Shown here: positions 7,038 through 16,094 of the stretch, piece after piece
How positions within the stretch are numbered: the first letter of the stretch is position 1
Layout: the number at the start of each line of letters is the position of its first letter
NCBI GenBank assembly: GCA_964638365.1
Contig: CAZWZR010000001.1
Span: forward strand, 1-35,451
Direction of reading: 5' to 3'
From: an uncultured Thermotogae bacterium
GTDB lineage: Bacteria > Bipolaricaulota > Bipolaricaulia > M55B111
DNA length: 35,451 nt
The notes under the pieces: model-generated
Told to the model about the DNA's origin: nothing
Databases searched by the model: none
What the model saw: the letters and a program-made list of their open reading frames with translations, nothing else
Position numbers and translations under genes: made by a program

Positions 7038-8636
7038 TCAGTACGCGGATACCTGACCGTCCGTTCTGGGTTCCGTAGCCCCAACCAGGACGTTACCGTC
7101 CCTAAGTATTACCTGACCGCGTCCAAAGGAACCGCTATCCGAAGCAACTCCGACCTCGTGACCTTTACGCTTCAGCTTTTCAATCAGGTGCTCGGGAAAT
7201 CTCTGCTCTACCTGGATTTCCTTGCCACCCGTCCAGCGCCAGCGGGGTGCGTCCAGAGCAGCCTGTGGATTTAACCCCTTCTCGAGCATTCCGGTAAGTA
7301 CCTGCACGTGGCCCTGAGGCTGCATGTATCCTCCCATGACCCCAAATGGACCTCCCGGTGCTCCGTCTTTAGTGAGGAAGCCGGGAATTATCGTATGGTA
7401 GGTCCGCTTTCCTCCCTCCAGGCTGTTGTAGTGTTCTCCTTCCAGCGAGAAAGTATTACCGCGGTTCTGGAGGGCAATTCCGGTTCCCGGTACGACGACT
7501 CCCGAACCGAAACCGGCATAGTTACTCTGGATAAAGGAAACCATATTCCCATCCCCGTCGGCCGTTGCCAGGTAAACCGTCCCCTCCTCACCGGGCCGGC
7601 CGGACTCGTACTCTTTAGCTTTACCTCCAATTTCGTTCCTCCGCTCGTCACCGTAGCTTTCCTTCAGGAACTCCGATGGGTCCGGACCCATATAATCCGG
7701 ATCGGTGATATATTCTTTACCGTCGGCAAAAGCCAGCTTTATAGCTTCGATCTGCCGATGACAGGATTCGATTTCGCTTCCGGAGACCTTGAAACCACCC
7801 AAAACGTTCAGAGCAGCAAGGGCTACCAGACCCTGACCATTGGGTGGAAGTTCCCATACTTCGTAATCCCTGTAGTTCAGCTTCAGGGGGTCAATCCAGT
7901 CCGGAGAAAAAGCCGCAAGGTCCTCCCCGCGGATGTAGCCTCCCGTTTCCCGGGAGAACTCGTCGATCCGTTCCGCCAGCTCGCCTTCGTAGAAAGACCT
8001 GGCGTCGGAATCGGCGATTTTTCTCAGTGTTTCCGCGTGATCAGGCGAGTACCAGACATCCCCGATTCCCGGCGGATTTCCACCCGGAGCGAACGTCTCT
8101 CCCCACCCCCTGTATTCCTCACCCTCAAGGCCCGAATAGACTTCGTAGGCCTTATTCCAGTATTTCCCCAGGGTTGGCTGGATAGGATAACCCCTTCTGG
8201 CATAGTCGATAGCGGGTTCCAGGGTTTCGGACAGGCTAAGCTCTCCAAACCGATCCGAAAGTTGGCTCCAGGCCGCCGGAGCTCCGGGAACCGTTACCGG
8301 CTCCCAGCCGTACCTGGGCATTTCCTCCATCCCCCGGTCCTTCAACTCTCTACGGGAAATTCCTTCAGGGGCAGGACCACTGGAGTTCAGGCCGTAAAGT
8401 TCCCCGTCGTGCCAGATCTGGGCGAAAGCATCACCACCTATTCCGTTGGAGGTTGGTTCCAGTACAGTCAAACCGGCAGCCGTCGCCACGGCGGCATCGA
8501 TGGCGTTGCCACCCTTCCTCATGACTTCGAGTCCCGCAGCAGAAGCCAGGGGCTGAGATGTCGCCACCATGGCCTCAGTCGAATAAACGAGGTTCCTGCG
8601 TGACTTGTATGGATAGCTTAAAGAGTCAAACTCCAT
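7038..8636 (-). CDS. ggt: Gamma-glutamyltranspeptidase-family protein (no signal peptide)
   Basis: MVATSQPLASAAGLEVMRKGGNAIDAAVA, EPTSNGIGGDAFA and the nucleophile region EEGTVYLATADGDGNMVSFIQSN fit the family. ATG at 8636 has a GGAAGTG SD-like element 6 nt upstream. The alternative start is GTG at 8645. Confidence 0.85.
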   Translation of the reverse strand: MEFDSLSYPYKSRRNLVYSTEAMVATSQPLASAAGLEVMRKGGNAIDAAVATAAGLTVLEPTSNGIGGDAFAQIWHDGELYGLNSSGPAPEGISRRELKDRGMEEMPRYGWEPVTVPGAPAAWSQLSDRFGELSLSETLEPAIDYARRGYPIQPTLGKYWNKAYEVYSGLEGEEYRGWGETFAPGGNPPGIGDVWYSPDHAETLRKIADSDARSFYEGELAERIDEFSRETGGYIRGEDLAAFSPDWIDPLKLNYRDYEVWELPPNGQGLVALAALNVLGGFKVSGSEIESCHRQIEAIKLAFADGKEYITDPDYMGPDPSEFLKESYGDERRNEIGGKAKEYESGRPGEEGTVYLATADGDGNMVSFIQSNYAGFGSGVVVPGTGIALQNRGNTFSLEGEHYNSLEGGKRTYHTIIPGFLTKDGAPGGPFGVMGGYMQPQGHVQVLTGMLEKGLNPQAALDAPRWRWTGGKEIQVEQRFPEHLIEKLKRKGHEVGVASDSGSFGRGQVILRDGNVLVGATEPRTDGQVSAY

Positions 8637-8641
8637 TTCGA

Positions 8642-9226
8642 TCACTTCCCATTTGAGCCGGATACGGATTGAGATCGGTCAGAATCGTCATCAATATCTC
8701 CCGTTTCGGCCTCGAGGAATTCAGGCGGTACGTGATCGGTCACGTAGACCCTGTCACTTGCCTTCTGAAAAGTCACACCGGAATCGATCGCTCGGGCAGC
8801 TTTTACGGTGAGAATCACCGGGTCCGGAGTATGCCTCCGGCCGACCTCCAGAGCGTCTTCTTCCGATCTGGACAGGTGGACCTTGCGCCTTCCCTGGCTC
8901 TTTAAACCCTCTTCCTGTATCCTGCTGAGAGAGTTTCTGGAAGTTCCGTGGTAAAGGGTATCTACTTCCACCTCGGGTAGATCGGGCTTCACGTCTATAG
9001 AATGACCGTAAAGGGCTCTAATCTTCTCGCCAGTCATTTCGTAACGCCCTTTTGGGTCCTCCTCCACGATCTCCCGCAGCTCCGACTCGCTCAGGTTCGT
9101 CCAGCGCTCCCGCAGTTTCTCCAGCAAGTCATCAATTACCACGAAACCTTCGTCATCAATATCCAATCCGGAAGGCTCGTGCCTTAGCAAATACGCCATC
9201 TGCTTGCTTACCTCTACTCTGTTCAT
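8642..9226 (-). CDS. kptA: RNA 2'-phosphotransferase (Tpt1/KptA family)
   Basis: SKQMAYLLRHEP, RYE....IRALYGHS, LYHGT and VHLS match the KptA catalytic R-H-R-R framework. ATG at 9226 lies 6 nt after AGGAGG. Confidence 0.85.
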   Translation of the reverse strand: MNRVEVSKQMAYLLRHEPSGLDIDDEGFVVIDDLLEKLRERWTNLSESELREIVEEDPKGRYEMTGEKIRALYGHSIDVKPDLPEVEVDTLYHGTSRNSLSRIQEEGLKSQGRRKVHLSRSEEDALEVGRRHTPDPVILTVKAARAIDSGVTFQKASDRVYVTDHVPPEFLEAETGDIDDDSDRSQSVSGSNGK

Positions 9227-9324
9227 CACCCACCTCCTCTGCGGATTTCATCTTTGGACGGAAGAAGGGCGGATAACCAGCCTAATATTCGGTCCTTCGT
9301 CCAGCTTAGACCGATTCCTTCCAG

Positions 9325-9789
9325 TTAAAAGTAAGGAGCCAGTTCCTCCCCCAGATCCTCCAGGAAATTTTCGTCCTCGGAGCCGAAAACCCCGGCTTCG
9401 TGCGAATCTATATCTATCTCCCCGACGAAACTTTGATCCCTGAAAACCGGAACGACGATCTCGGATTTCACTTCGGGACTACAGGAAAGGTAATTGTCCT
9501 CCTGTTCCACGTCCTGAACGGTAAAAGTTTCCTTTGATTCGGCCGCCTGACCGCAGACACCTTCGCCGTAATCGATCTCCGTATGTTCGGTCGGCTCTCC
9601 GGCGAACGGACCCAGTGTCAGGCTTCCAGTTTTATTTTCTGCAAGGTAAAAGCCGACCCAGTCGTAATGATCAACCTCCTGCTGCAGGAGTTCCGCAACT
9701 TCCGCGAGGGCCTCGGACCCCCCGCCAGCGGAACTGATGAGTTCCTTTACTTGCTTGTACAGGTCGGCAAAACGTTTATACTCGCTCAT
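9325..9789 (-). CDS. GAF-domain protein, free methionine-(R)-sulfoxide reductase-like
   Basis: DWVGFYL, GPFAGEPTEHTEIDYGEGVCGQAA and YLSCSPEVKSEIVVPVF match the YebR/fRMsr pattern. The start overlaps the PGI/PMI stop (ATGA). Confidence 0.7.
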   Translation of the reverse strand: MSEYKRFADLYKQVKELISSAGGGSEALAEVAELLQQEVDHYDWVGFYLAENKTGSLTLGPFAGEPTEHTEIDYGEGVCGQAAESKETFTVQDVEQEDNYLSCSPEVKSEIVVPVFRDQSFVGEIDIDSHEAGVFGSEDENFLEDLGEELAPYF

Positions 9790-10832
9790 CCGGCCTCCTT
9801 CAATCTAGCTTTAAAGCTCTCGATTAACTCCACCGGTGACGGGTCTACGTCGTTCAGCAGAGCAAGGTAGGTGGAGAAGTAATCTCCGAAGTAAATCTGA
9901 CCGATGATCCTCGTGAACTTATCGCCAGCAGGGGCTCGAACGAGCGAGTACTCTATCTCTTCATCCTCGAACAGGTCCTCCATGATTTCCATTCTCAGTT
10001 CGTTCCTCTCCAGCTCGAATCCGTTTTTGAGCGTGATTACCTTCCCGTTTTCCATCAGCTCACTGCCTAGTTCATAACCGACCGTCTCGTTGTGATTAAG
10101 CTCCGGAAAGGTGTTCCAGAAAGCGGGTTGTTTGGCGTTCTCGTTGATCTGGGTCTTCCAGCGATAGGCAACGACCTCAGTGTTGCCTTTGGTACCGTAG
10201 ATAATAGGGACCTTGCCCTTGAACTCACGCGCCAGCTTTTTCGCCGGGTTATCCTCCGTCTTAACCTCACTATACCATTTATCCCTCAACCGGCCTATAT
10301 CATCAAGTAGCTTCTCGAGGTTCAGCGTACCCGCGAGACCGGCTTCGGAGAAGAGGGTCAGAAGCGGAAACAGCATATAGCCCGTAGAGGCACGGGGCTG
10401 GTGGCCGGTGGGTATCTTTATTAAGGGAACGGATCTTTCGCGACAAAAACCCTCCAGCTTCCCGTCCGTGGATAGGCCAATGGAATCCATTCCCCGACGA
10501 AGCCCGTCTTTCAGGGCGGAAAGAGTTTCCTCCGTGTTGCCCGAGTAACTTACAGCTATCAGGAGGTCAGCGGACCCAGCTGAATCCGGTAGATTATAGC
10601 CCCGATTGGTAGTGACGGTGACGTTGATCAACCGAGAAAGTATATCTCCGACAATTGCCGAGCCACCCATTCCCGTAACCAAAACTCTATCGTAATCGTT
10701 CAGCTCAAAGGGAAGCTCCTTCTCTCGGCCGAGAGATACTGCTTCCTCGCATTGTTTTGGGAACGTGTCCAGGTCCTCGACCATCCCCTGGGGATCCAGT
10801 TCCCGGATTTTTTTCGGTTCGTCCAGTATCAT
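9786..10832 (-). CDS. Bifunctional phosphoglucose/phosphomannose isomerase (SIS-domain, archaeal-type PGI/PMI)
   Basis: VTGMGGSAIVGDIL and IAVSYSGNTEETL mark the SIS motifs. The C-terminal WKTQINENAKQPAFWNTFPELNHNE matches the PGI/PMI C-domain. A GAGGTGA SD is present. Confidence 0.8.
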   Translation of the reverse strand: MILDEPKKIRELDPQGMVEDLDTFPKQCEEAVSLGREKELPFELNDYDRVLVTGMGGSAIVGDILSRLINVTVTTNRGYNLPDSAGSADLLIAVSYSGNTEETLSALKDGLRRGMDSIGLSTDGKLEGFCRERSVPLIKIPTGHQPRASTGYMLFPLLTLFSEAGLAGTLNLEKLLDDIGRLRDKWYSEVKTEDNPAKKLAREFKGKVPIIYGTKGNTEVVAYRWKTQINENAKQPAFWNTFPELNHNETVGYELGSELMENGKVITLKNGFELERNELRMEIMEDLFEDEEIEYSLVRAPAGDKFTRIIGQIYFGDYFSTYLALLNDVDPSPVELIESFKARLKEAG

Positions 10833-10860
10833 GATATCACCTCATGAATTATTGAACTTC

Positions 10861-11937
10861 TCATTCACCCTCTTCGATCTCTTTCGCAACTTCTTTGACT
10901 TTCTGTGCTTTGCCCTTATCCATTATCAGCAACGCTTCGGGAGTATTCACGACAACCAGATTCGACACACCGAGTGCAACGGCCTGCTTACCGGTTTCCT
11001 CATACAGGAAGCTATTCTCAGAATCCCGGAAAACGACGTCGCCGTTCGACCCGTTGCCCTTACCGTCACTTTCCACCAGTTCCTCGAAGCTAGTCCAGTC
11101 ACCGAGATCGGACCACTCCACGGAGGCCGGCAAAACGGCCCTGTTATCGGCTTTTTCCATGAGTCCGTAATCGATAGAGGTTCCGGCGAACGACCTGTAT
11201 TCCTTTCTGAGCGTCTCCTCTTCTTTATCCGTCCCGAGGAAGTCCTCTATCTTCGCCAATCCCTCGTACAGTTCAGGCATATGCTCCCTCAGCCCGTTCA
11301 ATAACTGGTCGGTACGCCAGATGAAGGTACCGCTGTTCCAGTAGTAATTTCCAGCTCTCAGGAACTTCTCCGCCCTTTCAAGATCGGGCTTTTCCGTAAA
11401 ACTGACTACCTCCCGCGCCAAATCGGCACCTTCCAGCTCCTCTCCGGACTCTATGTAGCCGTATCCAGTCGCCGGTTCCGTGGGCTCTATTCCAAGAGTG
11501 ACCAGTTCTTTTTTTTCACCGGCAACGTATGCTCCCTTTTCGAGTAGTCTACGAAATCGATCTTCCCGGCCCACCAGGTGATCCGCCGGAAGGACGATCA
11601 TAACGGAGTTTTCCTTTTCTAGGTCCAGAGTTTCCTTCGAATAGAGTGCGGATACGCCTATACAGGGGGCGGTATTCTTGCCCATCGGCTCCTCTATAAT
11701 ATTTTTTTCGGGGAGTTCCGGTAGGTGCTTCGCAACCAGATCCCCCTGACCCTGGTTGGTGACGACCAGAACGTTTTCAGCTCCGACAACCGGTTTAATC
11801 CGCTCGTAGGTCCGCAGGAGCAGCGACTTACCGTGAACTTCTATGAACTGCTTCGGCCTCTCGGGAGTGCTCAGGGGCCAGAGCCTCCTCCCCCTGCCAC
11901 CTGCCATTATGACTGCATAAGTCGTGAAGTCTGCCAT
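10861..11937 (-). CDS. manC: Mannose-1-phosphate guanylyltransferase
   Basis: AVIMAGGRGRRLWPLSTPERPKQF is the NTP-transferase G-loop. PADH, GYGYIE and YYWNSGTFIW are typical of ManC/CpsB. An AGGAGG SD is present. Confidence 0.85.
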   Translation of the reverse strand: MADFTTYAVIMAGGRGRRLWPLSTPERPKQFIEVHGKSLLLRTYERIKPVVGAENVLVVTNQGQGDLVAKHLPELPEKNIIEEPMGKNTAPCIGVSALYSKETLDLEKENSVMIVLPADHLVGREDRFRRLLEKGAYVAGEKKELVTLGIEPTEPATGYGYIESGEELEGADLAREVVSFTEKPDLERAEKFLRAGNYYWNSGTFIWRTDQLLNGLREHMPELYEGLAKIEDFLGTDKEEETLRKEYRSFAGTSIDYGLMEKADNRAVLPASVEWSDLGDWTSFEELVESDGKGNGSNGDVVFRDSENSFLYEETGKQAVALGVSNLVVVNTPEALLIMDKGKAQKVKEVAKEIEEGE

Positions 11938-11965
11938 CTCACAATCCTCCTTTGATATAAAACCA

Positions 11966-14900
11966 TTAAAATTCGACCCTCAGCCCTGCTGAACCGTAAA
12001 AGCTATTGTAAACTTCGCCCGCATCTCCCAATCCCCAGTTTATTCCGGAAGTGAACGAGACACCCCAGCGGTCCTGGAACGGATAGGAAAATTCCGTCTC
12101 CGTATTGATGTCGAGCTCCGCCGAACCGGGGTAGTAGTCGAGACCAAAATTGAACTCCGGAGAGAGCTTCGAATTGATTTTCCAGTCAAGGGAATCGTCC
12201 AGATTATAGAAAAACCCACTGTCGGTTTTGTATTCTACCCCTGTCTCTATCCGGTTCGTCACGCCCGGAGTCAACTGCCACCTAGTTCCCACTCCCAGGT
12301 TCCCGCTGTAACTGGACTTACGGCCGAAATCCGGGTGGGTGAGAAGGTCCCGGCTGAGCTGAAAGCTGACCTCAGGCGTCAACTCCTCGAACTCGTAGCT
12401 CAAACTACCCTGGATTTTATCGTTGAACTCGACAAGCCTGCTGTCGATCGGAAACCTGGCACTTCGACTCAAGCTCGTGCTTGAAGAGAAGCCGCCGGCG
12501 GACGTTTTCCCGCTCAATTCGCCGGAAAGCTCGTTAGAAGAACCGTTCCTCTTCCAGGAAAGCGAAAGTCCCGGAGTTATATTTAACCCCTGAACCCCAA
12601 GCTCGTCCGGCTCGATGTCGAGCCCCACCTGGCTATCGGAGGCCTCCACGCCTTCCAGCAGGGGGCTATCCAGGGTCCCTTCGCCGTCCAGACCGACATT
12701 TATTCCGTAACTGTTGTTCAACGGGAAGTCCCGGGTGAAGTCGAAGTTCCAGGAGAGTTTTTCGTTTTCCGCTCGTTCGAAGGGCCCAAACCCCACCGGG
12801 TAAGTATAATTCAGCCCGATATTACCGGAGCCCCAGGGCGAAATGGATAGCTTCGAAGAGACCGTGGCCGAATCGGTCTTTGAACCACCAGAGCTTACCT
12901 TACGATTCGCCGTGACGTTGACCGCAGCCACGAGATTACCGTCCCAGAAAGACCTATCCAGGCCGAGATCCAACCCTAGACCGGTTCTACCACCACTCCC
13001 CGTATCCCAGGTAAATTCGGCGTTGGTGTTCACGAAGGTCTCCCAGTAGGCCGAGACGCGGTTAGTGATAGTCCAGTCTCCGGACTCAGTGGAAAACGAG
13101 GATATAGAGTAATCACTCCCCAGGCCGACGGAAAGGTTATCGGTTAACTCCGCCTCCATATTTACCCCGGTGGATAAACCCTCCCTCCGTTCGCGCCGCC
13201 CGATTGCGAGATAGGTCGGCTGGTAATATTCGAAATCCGTAGAGAGGGAAACCTCCCTGGACCATACCTCCAGGGTTCTCCCGACCTCCCCGGAAAGAAA
13301 TAGACCTCTATTCGTGTGGCTATTCGGGTCTATATCCCGGTAACGGTTCTCGTCTATCGCCTCTATCCTGGTCTCTTCTCTGGAATACCGAGTTAAACCC
13401 TCCGACAGCTCGTAGAGAATCAGTTCTCCGTCATCACCGGACGTCCTTCCCTGGCTTCCGGCCCAGACCGCTGATCCGGTGGCAAGTATCGCCGTTATCT
13501 TCTCTCTTCCGTAATCCCCCGGACTGTCAAGCCTCGTAAAGCCATTCTCGGTGCCCAGCCAGATCTCCCCCTCTTTAGTGGAGACCGAGTTGACCCTCCG
13601 GTTCTCGATCAGCTTTTCCCCTTTACCGTCCAGGCCAATTCTGGTCAACCCCTCGGTAGTTCCGACCAGGAGATCGCTTTCAGTTTTCACGGTATCATTT
13701 ACGGCCTGACCAATCATCGGTTCTTCACTGACCAGCTCTTCCTTCTCCAAATCGTACAGGTACAATCCGTCTTCGGTCCCAAGCCAGAGGTGCTCATCGA
13801 CGTAGGAAATCTCATTTACCGCCGCGCCTTCCAGTTCGCCCAGATCGAGCTCCACCCATGGATCGGCTTCCTCCAGACTCCCTATTTCAAACTGAATTAC
13901 GCCGTTTTTAGTTCCTATCCAGACCGTTTCACCATCACCAGCAAGGCCGAGAAGTTCGGTTTCGGGCAACCCGTCCGACTCATAGTAGCCGTCCCAGTTA
14001 TCCGACCTACCAAAAGGAGAAGACCCACTCAGGTCTATTCTGGTAAGACCGCTGACAGTGGACAGGAATAGCTCCTCCCCCATCACCAAACCTTCAGTAA
14101 CCTTGTCCCCCGACAGACCATCCTCCGTACCGAAACTTTCCCAGCCGTCCGTCCGTCGGACGGTAAATCCGTTATCGTGGAGGAACAGAGTATTCTCGTA
14201 ACCGGAATCGGCCAGAGAGAGCACGTCGTTAATCCGGTTCGGCAGGTGGACTCGTTCGTTGTCGTCAAAGGGAAACCTGTTGATATTGCCACCAAACTTC
14301 ATGCTCGCGTTCCATCCGTTTTCCTCGTACCTTGCCCCGACACCGGCGACGCTATGGACGTTGGGCATGGTAGCGACCTCCGGGGGCAATTCGGCCGGGG
14401 CACTATCCCGAGCCTGGAAGAGACTGACGTCCACTGTCAATCCATAATCCGATTCCAAACTAGTCGTGAAGCCGTACAGCGTCCGGCCAAACTGGGCAAA
14501 GCCCCCCAGGCCGCCCCGGGCTCGTTCGAAGTCGACCTTCAGTTTGTCGTCGGGCCCCAGCTCCTTGAAGAGTATCAGGGCGCCAGTTTCGTAGTCTATC
14601 GAGTAGTCCGTATTCTTCGTCAGGGATTCTCCATTTAGGTAAACCTGCTCGCTATTCGGAGCTACGGAAAACCCTAGCATATACGTCTTGCCGGATATCT
14701 CGTACTGAAAGCTGGCCCTGATGCCCTCGTTCTCGAGGTCGGAGAAGAAATCATCCGGGAAATTGAGGTCGAGGATACCTTTATCAGCGAACAGTTCGAA
14801 TTCGTAGTCGCTCAAGCCATCAACGGACGTCCAGTCCCCGTTCCCTCGGACTTCCAGCTGAAAATCTTCATCCTTGACTCCTGTACGACCGAGGGAGTAA

Positions 14901-15910
14901 AACCTGTTGCGCCTGTAGCTATCGAGCCTGAGTTGCTCCTCTTCCCCGACGTTTAACCGGAGGTATTCCTTCAGTTCGGCGAGAAACTCTTCCTCCAGAT
15001 CGCTTCCGCGGTTGAACGGGTATTCCCTTCTCTCCTCCTCCGGACGACCCTCGTTGTAGGCGGAGATATAGTCCTTGACCCGGCTCCTCGTCAAATTAGT
15101 TTGGCTCTGTAAGAGTACAAGGTAATCAATCTCCTCGGATATCACGTCGAACTGGCTCGAGCCCAGTTCCGCAGTCGTTTCTTCTTCGATCGGCCCATCG
15201 AGGTAGCCAAGCTCCCATTCCGCCAGCAGGTCCGTCAGTCCACCCCCGGTCAAGAACTCCAACTCCGGATCCGTAAAGCCTTCAACGTACTCCACGTCCA
15301 GACCGTAATACTGAAGGCCGCGGATGTTCTTTTCGTAACCTGCTTCCTCGAGACCGGCATCAGTTCTGTAAAGGGAAAACTCGACTTCCGCCTCCGCGGT
15401 ATCTCCGTAGAAGACCCTGGTCTCCGAGATCCCCTGAAGCCGACCGGCGACGGCATTTACTCCGGAACCCTCGACGGTCCCGTCCAGCTCCAGCCCGAGT
15501 AGTTTCTTGTTGTAAACTGTAAAGTTACCATCATCACCGGCGACGACATCACCGGCTACCCCGTCCCAGTTATCGGTATCCATCCTGAGCTCGAATTTCT
15601 GCAGGTAACCCGGTTTGGTATCGTCCAGATTGGCGGAAAGGGAAAACACTTCGCCGATCTCGCCGCTTAAATCGACTTTTAACGTCTGGTTCAGGGAATA
15701 GGAATCCTTCGGGTAGCCTACGTTTGAAAGACTCTTACCGTCCCCGATACCACCCTTAACTGACCAGGTCTTCTCTCCTCCCAAATCTATCCGAAAAGAA
15801 CCGGTCTGAATCGTTAAGGCCTGACCCTCTCCGCCCAGTAGAAAGAAAACCATCATAAAGGCGATTGAAAGTAGGAACGTGTACCGGAAGTAAGTTCTAC
15901 GGAGACTCAC
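11966..15910 (-). CDS. Large (1,314 aa) exported protein: signal peptide, beta-rich N-region, Reg_prop-like beta-propeller repeats, OMP-like C-terminal beta-barrel ending in Phe
   Basis: GTG start lies 7 nt after GAGGT. MSLRRTYFRYTFLLSIAFMMVFFLLGGEGQA is signal-peptide-like. Repeats VWIGTKNGVIQFE, LWLGTEDGLYLYD, LLVGTTEGLTRIG and IWLGTENGFTRLD are present. The C-terminus YGSAGLRVEF looks like a beta-signal. Confidence 0.75.
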   Translation of the reverse strand: MSLRRTYFRYTFLLSIAFMMVFFLLGGEGQALTIQTGSFRIDLGGEKTWSVKGGIGDGKSLSNVGYPKDSYSLNQTLKVDLSGEIGEVFSLSANLDDTKPGYLQKFELRMDTDNWDGVAGDVVAGDDGNFTVYNKKLLGLELDGTVEGSGVNAVAGRLQGISETRVFYGDTAEAEVEFSLYRTDAGLEEAGYEKNIRGLQYYGLDVEYVEGFTDPELEFLTGGGLTDLLAEWELGYLDGPIEEETTAELGSSQFDVISEEIDYLVLLQSQTNLTRSRVKDYISAYNEGRPEEERREYPFNRGSDLEEEFLAELKEYLRLNVGEEEQLRLDSYRRNRFYSLGRTGVKDEDFQLEVRGNGDWTSVDGLSDYEFELFADKGILDLNFPDDFFSDLENEGIRASFQYEISGKTYMLGFSVAPNSEQVYLNGESLTKNTDYSIDYETGALILFKELGPDDKLKVDFERARGGLGGFAQFGRTLYGFTTSLESDYGLTVDVSLFQARDSAPAELPPEVATMPNVHSVAGVGARYEENGWNASMKFGGNINRFPFDDNERVHLPNRINDVLSLADSGYENTLFLHDNGFTVRRTDGWESFGTEDGLSGDKVTEGLVMGEELFLSTVSGLTRIDLSGSSPFGRSDNWDGYYESDGLPETELLGLAGDGETVWIGTKNGVIQFEIGSLEEADPWVELDLGELEGAAVNEISYVDEHLWLGTEDGLYLYDLEKEELVSEEPMIGQAVNDTVKTESDLLVGTTEGLTRIGLDGKGEKLIENRRVNSVSTKEGEIWLGTENGFTRLDSPGDYGREKITAILATGSAVWAGSQGRTSGDDGELILYELSEGLTRYSREETRIEAIDENRYRDIDPNSHTNRGLFLSGEVGRTLEVWSREVSLSTDFEYYQPTYLAIGRRERREGLSTGVNMEAELTDNLSVGLGSDYSISSFSTESGDWTITNRVSAYWETFVNTNAEFTWDTGSGGRTGLGLDLGLDRSFWDGNLVAAVNVTANRKVSSGGSKTDSATVSSKLSISPWGSGNIGLNYTYPVGFGPFERAENEKLSWNFDFTRDFPLNNSYGINVGLDGEGTLDSPLLEGVEASDSQVGLDIEPDELGVQGLNITPGLSLSWKRNGSSNELSGELSGKTSAGGFSSSTSLSRSARFPIDSRLVEFNDKIQGSLSYEFEELTPEVSFQLSRDLLTHPDFGRKSSYSGNLGVGTRWQLTPGVTNRIETGVEYKTDSGFFYNLDDSLDWKINSKLSPEFNFGLDYYPGSAELDINTETEFSYPFQDRWGVSFTSGINWGLGDAGEVYNSFYGSAGLRVEF

Positions 15911-16094
15911 AACAATAACCTCTAAATAAAAGAAAACGCAAAACGGGCACCTCCTGCAACTCAGTCAGGATACAGGATAAGTTACGGTTAACCGAGCAGC
16001 GTACTCAAGCTTCAACTTTGCCGGCCAACCCAATTTCTCAGTTGGCACACGTCCAATGCTAAACCACTGGATATCGTCCCTGCAAACTAGAAAG

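Noticed and set aside
7308-8603. A 431-aa ORF on the plus strand, unusually long, lying entirely antisense to the GGT-family gene.
   Set aside because: The minus-strand frame has clear family motifs along its full length. The plus-strand product is Arg/Ser/Pro/Gly-rich low-complexity sequence with no recognisable motif and no SD. This is the typical shadow ORF of a moderately GC-rich gene. It would only be worth revisiting if ribosome profiling showed antisense translation.
9230-9324. An imperfect long hairpin (GGACGGAAG...CTTCGTCC) after the GAF gene, considered as a terminator.
   Set aside because: The stem is interrupted, the loop is about 30 nt, and no U-tract follows on the minus sense. 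It is too weak to annotate.
10765-11304. A 179-aa plus-strand ORF spanning the PGI/PMI start and the manC 3' end.
   Set aside because: It is antisense to two well-supported genes. It has no motif or SD, and its composition is typical of a shadow frame. The same reasoning applies to the other antisense ORFs at 14177-14638, 18637-19083, 19878-20348, 21135-21566, 25355-25756, 30482-30838 and 34045-34455.
11509-11516. An 8-nt homopolymer (T8 on plus, A8 in the coding sense) inside manC, considered as a possible slipped-strand phase-variation site next to a surface-protein gene.
   Set aside because: It simply encodes Glu-Lys-Lys-Glu (gaa aaa aaa gaa) in a conserved part of the enzyme. A single 8-mer with no evidence of length variation is not enough.
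15990-16080. A possible tRNA gene or pseudogene suggested by a GUGGUUUAGCA D-loop-like string.
   Set aside because: I could not build an acceptor stem, an anticodon stem or a GTTCRANYC T-loop. At most it is a fragment, and it is kept only as a low-interest finding.
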